A stretch of DNA of 64,000 nt, taken from the NCBI GenBank assembly GCA_965248445.1, contig CBDFJG010000004.1, positions 1,344,001-1,408,000 on the forward strand, written 5' to 3'. This document shows positions 59,452 through 64,000 of the stretch, piece by piece. Position 1 is the stretch's first letter, and each line of letters starts with the position of its first letter. Source of the DNA: Planctomycetota bacterium (GTDB taxonomy: Bacteria > Planctomycetota > JAJSAM01 > JAJVHW01). The notes below the pieces were generated by a model. That model saw only the letters and a program-made list of their open reading frames with translations. It ran no database searches and was not told the DNA's origin. Both the position numbers and the translations under genes were made by a program.

Positions 59452-61428
59452 CTACGTGAGATACGGGGACCCGTTCAGGATCTTGCGGAACGTCCCGAGC
59501 GCCTTGCGCCGGCTCTCTTCCGACGCGCCGTTCTCCTCCGCCCACGCGAGTCCTTCCATGAACCGGTCACGCATTTCGCGGCGGCGGTGTCCGAACAGCT
59601 CGAGCACCTGGGCGCAGTTCTGGAGTCCGCTCCGCCCGAGGGCGATGTCGGCCTCACCGGCGCCCGTGACCACGACGGAGGCCTCGTCCGTCTCGCCGAG
59701 CAGGTTGTGGTGGTTTCCCATCACGTCCTGATAGGCGCCGAGCAGGAACGCACCGAGGTGGTATGGCTTGCCGTTCAGCTCGTGCAGCCGGATGGCCTCC
59801 TGGTCCTCGCGCACGTCGCCGAACTTGTCGATCTTGCCGTCGCTGTCGCACGTGATGTCGGCAATGGTGGCCCACTCGGTGGGGCGCTCGTCGAGACGGT
59901 GGATGGGGCAGATGGGGAAGAGCTGCCCGATGGCCCAGTGGTCCGGCATCGACTGGAAGATGCTGAGGTTGCATACGTACTTCGTGGACGTGTCCTGCTC
60001 GAGTTCCTCGATCTCCTCCGGGATGCGCCGTCCGGACAGCCTCGCGTAGTAGACGACGTCTTTCAGGATCTGCGCCGCAGCGGTCTCGCCGACAGCGCGT
60101 TCCTCGAGCGAGATGTGCCCGTGCTTGAACAGCACATGCAACTGCTCCACGAGCGCCAGCGTGTCGTGGTAGCACTCGATGAAGTTCTTGCGCCCGATCT
60201 CGGCGCCGATCTCCGACAGCTCGTGCACGCAGCGATCGGCTTCGTCGGTCAGCGGAGGGGGCGACACCGGCAGGCTCTTCGTCTGCGTCTCTTCGACGGA
60301 GAAGATCGTCATCGCGTGGTACGCGGAGACGGCGCGTCCGCTCTCGCTGATGATGTCCGGCTCGGGTACGCCGGACTCCTGGCACACCTCGTGGACCGAG
60401 TACACGACGTCGTTGGCGTACTCCTGGAGCGTGTAGTTCACGCTGCTGTCGGAGGCGGTTGCGCTGCCGTCGTAGTCGACACCGAGTCCGCCACCCACAT
60501 CCAGGTAGCGGAGTTCCTCGAAGCCCCTCGCGCGCAGGGCGGCGTAGAAGCGCACACCCTCGAGAACGCCCTGCTTGATGCGGCGGATCTCGGTGATCTG
60601 ACTGCCGATGTGGAAGTGGACCAGCCGAAGCTGGTCCTCCCAGCCCTCGGCGCGGAGCTTCTCGATCGCGGCGAGGATCTCGGTCGTCGAGAGTCCGAAC
60701 TTCGATGCGTCGCCGCCGGAGCGTGCCCACTTGCCCGTGCCCCGCGCGGCGATGCGAACGCGCACACCGAGCCACGGCTTGATCCCGAGCCGTTTGGCGA
60801 CGCGCAGGACCAGCTGCAATTCGTGCAGCTTCTCGATCACGATGACGACCTCGTACCCGAGCGTCATGCCGGCCAGGGCGAGTTCGACGTAGGCGGTGTC
60901 CTTGTAACCGTTGCAGATCACGAGGGAGCCGCGCGGCAGCCCCGACGAGAACGCCATGAGCAGCTCCGGCTTCGTGCCGGCCTCCAGGCTGTACCCGTGC
61001 TCGCGGCCGGCGTCGATCAGGCCCCGGATGAACGGCTCCATCTGGTTGACCTTCACGGGGAACACGCCGCGGTAGCGGCCGCTGTACGAGTACTCCGCGA
61101 TCGACTTGCTGAAGGCGTCGTGCAGTTCGGCCACGCGCGTCGCGATGATCTGCGGGAAGCGCAGCACGACGGGCGTGCGGATGCGCCGCTTCCGCAGCCG
61201 ATCCACGACATCGACGATGTTGAACCAGAGGTCCGGCGTGCGCGTCGGGTGGACGCGCAGGTTGCCGTCGTCGCCGACGTCGAAGTACCCCGCGCCCCAG
61301 CGGTGGATTCCGTACAGCTCCTCCGCCTCGCTCGGCTTCATCGGCGGCGTGGTGCGGCGGCGCTTGGTCGGCTTGGCGGGCTTGTCAGCCTTGTCGGCCT
61401 TGGCCGCGCGCCCGGTCTCTGAGGTCAC
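59452..61428 (-). CDS. speA: Biosynthetic arginine decarboxylase
   Basis: YGI..WG.GYF, FPVKVNQ, EAGTKPEL, CNGYKD, HFHIGSQI, DVGGGLGVDYDGS, SESGR, DITCDSDGKID, LGAYQ. Confidence 0.95.
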   Translation of the reverse strand: MTSETGRAAKADKADKPAKPTKRRRTTPPMKPSEAEELYGIHRWGAGYFDVGDDGNLRVHPTRTPDLWFNIVDVVDRLRKRRIRTPVVLRFPQIIATRVAELHDAFSKSIAEYSYSGRYRGVFPVKVNQMEPFIRGLIDAGREHGYSLEAGTKPELLMAFSSGLPRGSLVICNGYKDTAYVELALAGMTLGYEVVIVIEKLHELQLVLRVAKRLGIKPWLGVRVRIAARGTGKWARSGGDASKFGLSTTEILAAIEKLRAEGWEDQLRLVHFHIGSQITEIRRIKQGVLEGVRFYAALRARGFEELRYLDVGGGLGVDYDGSATASDSSVNYTLQEYANDVVYSVHEVCQESGVPEPDIISESGRAVSAYHAMTIFSVEETQTKSLPVSPPPLTDEADRCVHELSEIGAEIGRKNFIECYHDTLALVEQLHVLFKHGHISLEERAVGETAAAQILKDVVYYARLSGRRIPEEIEELEQDTSTKYVCNLSIFQSMPDHWAIGQLFPICPIHRLDERPTEWATIADITCDSDGKIDKFGDVREDQEAIRLHELNGKPYHLGAFLLGAYQDVMGNHHNLLGETDEASVVVTGAGEADIALGRSGLQNCAQVLELFGHRRREMRDRFMEGLAWAEENGASEESRRKALGTFRKILNGSPYLT

Positions 61429-61511
61429 GGACTTCCCTCCGGAAGGCCGCGAGAGTACGGGCCGCATGACGCGGCGCACGCGAATCCCAGGTCAACGCGC
61501 AGTCCGCGGCG

Positions 61512-63218
61512 TCAGGGCCGTGTGAACACCGCACCGGGCTCGACGGCCCAACGGCCGCGCTCGCCGCCGTTGCGGGGGACCAGCCGGAGAGCTCGGTCGG
61601 CGGGCAACCGTCGGATCTCCTCCTGGTCGAGCAGGAAGACAACTGCATGCAGTCCGCCGCTGCCGGTGATGGACCCGATCGCGCACTCGATGGAGAGGAT
61701 CGTGCGCTCTCCGTCGCGCACGTCGAAGTGTCGATCGACACGCTGCGTGAACCGCTTGTACTGGTCGCCGTTCTGGTCGTCGAACCACTCGGTCACATGC
61801 GCGGCGAGCACCCTCAGCCCTGCATCGCCGGGGTGCTCCCTCCACGCGAGCCGGCCGATGGTCAGCATGGCGTGGTCACGCTGGTCCCCGGACGCGGGCT
61901 CGTCGACCGTTGCGGGCGACTCGACCGGGAACGAGATCGTCGCGTGCTCGCCGACGCGGTCCGTGACGTCCATGAGCCGGTAGTGATTCGGGCCGCGGAA
62001 CTGCTCGCCGCGGATCTCCCCGGTGGCCAGCCGTGCCTTCGCTTCCGCGAACCCCGAGACGGCCAGGTCATCGAACTCGAGCGTCCGCAACAGCAACCCC
62101 ATGTAGTTCGCATCGACGAGCTTCGGACCGAGATCGCTGTAGTTCAGACGTCGCCAGCGACCTCCCACGAACGCGATGTTGAAGTTGTGTGAGGCGTCGG
62201 TTCGGCCTAGGCGCTCCATGGCCTCGAGGATCGCCGCACGAATCTGTGGGTGCCGCACACCCCGCGCCAGCATTTGCACCTGATCGTCGTTGGACGCGTC
62301 GGCCGGGGGGATTGCCCGCGTCTGCAGCGTCGGTACCCCGATGCACCGCAGGATGTTCGCGAGGTACACCGCGCTCGATGTGCACGACCCGTGGCGGCGC
62401 TGCGCGTACATCTCCTTCCCGAGTGCCTCGAGCGCGAGTTGCTCCGCGTCGGTCCGCGCGGGATCGTTGCGCAGCTTGCGCCGCTGGAACTCGGGCACGA
62501 GTTCGGGCAGCGGTGCCACCGCGCCGTCGACGACGCCCACCAGGGGGATACAGAAGCCCGCCGAGACGAACTCCGAGTCCCGCATCGCCCACGCCGTGAC
62601 GCGCTCGACCAAGTCGCGGTCGTTCAGCGCATCCGGTTCGATTCCGGCCTCGGCCAGGTCCGCGAGCAGCGTTGCGCGCATCTCCGCATCGAAGTTGCAC
62701 ATCATGTTCGCGGTGACGCGCGCCGGGTGGGCTGCGGCCATGCTCTCGCGCTCTCGTGCGCGCGGAATCTCGGTGTCGGGAGTGCCGAGCGGGTACACGA
62801 CGATCTCCAGCTCGACGTACTCGTTGCATCGATCCAGAACCCGCGCATCCTGCCAGTCGTCGCGGATGGCCTCCGCCGGCGGCAGCACGCGCGTCACGAA
62901 GCGGATCGTGTACGTGTGCTCGCGTCGTTCCACCCAGTCGCCATCGCCTACGCCGTCGCCGTCCGTGTCGGCGCTGGCCGGATCGGTGAGGTACTTGTGC
63001 CGTTCCTGATAGTCGCTCAGGCCGTCGCCGTCCGCGTCGGCATCCGCGCTCGGATCTGGGATCGCTTCAGGCGCTGGTTCTTCAGCGACGTCCTCGGGTT
63101 CCGGCGCCGTGAGTTCGGTGCGGACCGCGTCTTGTGCGGGTGCGGCGGGGCTGTCGGGGTCGTCACCACATGACGCCAGACCGAGCAGGAGGACGGCGAG
63201 CGAGACGACGCGCTGCAT
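61512..63218 (-). CDS. Lipoprotein with TSP3-like Ca-binding repeats and a transglutaminase-like domain
   Basis: Lipobox LASC; DADGDGLSD and DTDGDGVGD; GSCTSSAVYLANILRCIGVP, SHNFN, GGRWRRLN. Confidence 0.72.
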   Translation of the reverse strand: MQRVVSLAVLLLGLASCGDDPDSPAAPAQDAVRTELTAPEPEDVAEEPAPEAIPDPSADADADGDGLSDYQERHKYLTDPASADTDGDGVGDGDWVERREHTYTIRFVTRVLPPAEAIRDDWQDARVLDRCNEYVELEIVVYPLGTPDTEIPRARERESMAAAHPARVTANMMCNFDAEMRATLLADLAEAGIEPDALNDRDLVERVTAWAMRDSEFVSAGFCIPLVGVVDGAVAPLPELVPEFQRRKLRNDPARTDAEQLALEALGKEMYAQRRHGSCTSSAVYLANILRCIGVPTLQTRAIPPADASNDDQVQMLARGVRHPQIRAAILEAMERLGRTDASHNFNIAFVGGRWRRLNYSDLGPKLVDANYMGLLLRTLEFDDLAVSGFAEAKARLATGEIRGEQFRGPNHYRLMDVTDRVGEHATISFPVESPATVDEPASGDQRDHAMLTIGRLAWREHPGDAGLRVLAAHVTEWFDDQNGDQYKRFTQRVDRHFDVRDGERTILSIECAIGSITGSGGLHAVVFLLDQEEIRRLPADRALRLVPRNGGERGRWAVEPGAVFTRP

Positions 63219-63239
63219 CGCCCGAGTCTACGGCCTCGG

Positions 63240-64000
63240 CTACTTCACGCCGCGGCGGCGCGTGCGGGGATCGAGCTCGTCCTTCAGGCCGTCGCCGAGC
63301 AGGTTGAAGCCGAGCACGGTCACGAAGATCGCCAGTCCCGCGATCGCGACCTGGAGGTTCGCGTCGGGGCGCTTGTCCCAGCCCTGCGTCAGGATCAAGC
63401 CCCACTCCGGCACGAGGAACGGGTCGCCGCCCAACCCGAGGAAGTTGAGACCGGCGACGTCCAGGATCGCGCTGCCCATGCCCAGCGTCCCGAGCACGAT
63501 GATCGGCGCCAGGCTGTTTGGTACGACGTGTCCGAAGAGGGTTCGCGTGGGGGACATCCCGAGCGACCGCGCTGCGACGATGTGCTCCGACGCCGACACG
63601 CGCAGCACTTCCGCGCGCACTTGCCGCGCGAACATCGGCGCACCCACGAGACCCACGGCGATGATGAGGTTCTCGAGTTCCTGTCCCAGCACGGCCACGA
63701 CTACCATCGCGAGCAGGAACCCGGGGAAGCTCATGGCCACGTCCACGAACCGCATGAGGATCATGTCGGTCGCACCTCCGACGTAACCGGCCACAGCGCC
63801 GATCAGACTCCCCAGCAGGAGTGACATCGTCATCGACGCGAGCGCGATCAGGAGCGTCGTGCGCGCGCCGTACACCATCCGGGTGTGAATGTCGTAGCCC
63901 TGGCTGTCCGTGCCGAGCACGTGTTCGAGGCTCGGATCGACGAACCGCTCGAAGGGGTCGTTCGGCGAGTACTCCAAGAGCACGGGGCCGAGCACCGCGG
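63240..64000 (-). CDS. Peptide ABC transporter permease (OppC/DppC family); 5' end lies outside the window
   Basis: HVLGTDSQGYDI, YGARTTL, EHIVAARSLG, HVVPNSL, PEWG, FNLLGDGL. Confidence 0.93.
   Translation of the reverse strand, partial: AVLGPVLLEYSPNDPFERFVDPSLEHVLGTDSQGYDIHTRMVYGARTTLLIALASMTMSLLLGSLIGAVAGYVGGATDMILMRFVDVAMSFPGFLLAMVVVAVLGQELENLIIAVGLVGAPMFARQVRAEVLRVSASEHIVAARSLGMSPTRTLFGHVVPNSLAPIIVLGTLGMGSAILDVAGLNFLGLGGDPFLVPEWGLILTQGWDKRPDANLQVAIAGLAIFVTVLGFNLLGDGLKDELDPRTRRRGVK

Overview
High-GC bacterial chromosomal segment, most likely Planctomycetota/PVC: it carries the PVC 'small basic' signature protein and a groEL-groES-groEL-dnaJ-grpE operon. It is probably near the replication origin, since parB is flanked by parS sites. 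Most of the window is housekeeping or metabolic: trpG/pabA, pyrF, a bacillithiol bshC-bshB-bshA cluster with a coupled methyltransferase, hemW, a sigma-70 factor, a WcaJ-like transferase, purD, fur, pdxA, speA and two tRNAs. An accessory block at about 34-39.3 kb holds an IS1595 nested in the terminal repeat of an IS1380, both in the promoter of a frameshifted GntR/ABC operon, plus a decayed integrase/excisionase/XRE remnant next to tRNA-Arg. The most notable candidates are (1) a Tat alkaline-phosphatase-fold / decaheme-LVIVD / EF-hand operon, (2) an MglA-type GTPase fused to a GAF-histidine kinase, (3) a HEAT (AlkC/D-like) / radical-SAM fusion, (4) possible split secretin-like proteins, (5) a sigma factor apparently starting at CTG, and (6) possible N-methyl-bacillithiol synthesis. 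All calls come from motif recognition by eye; no database searches were run.
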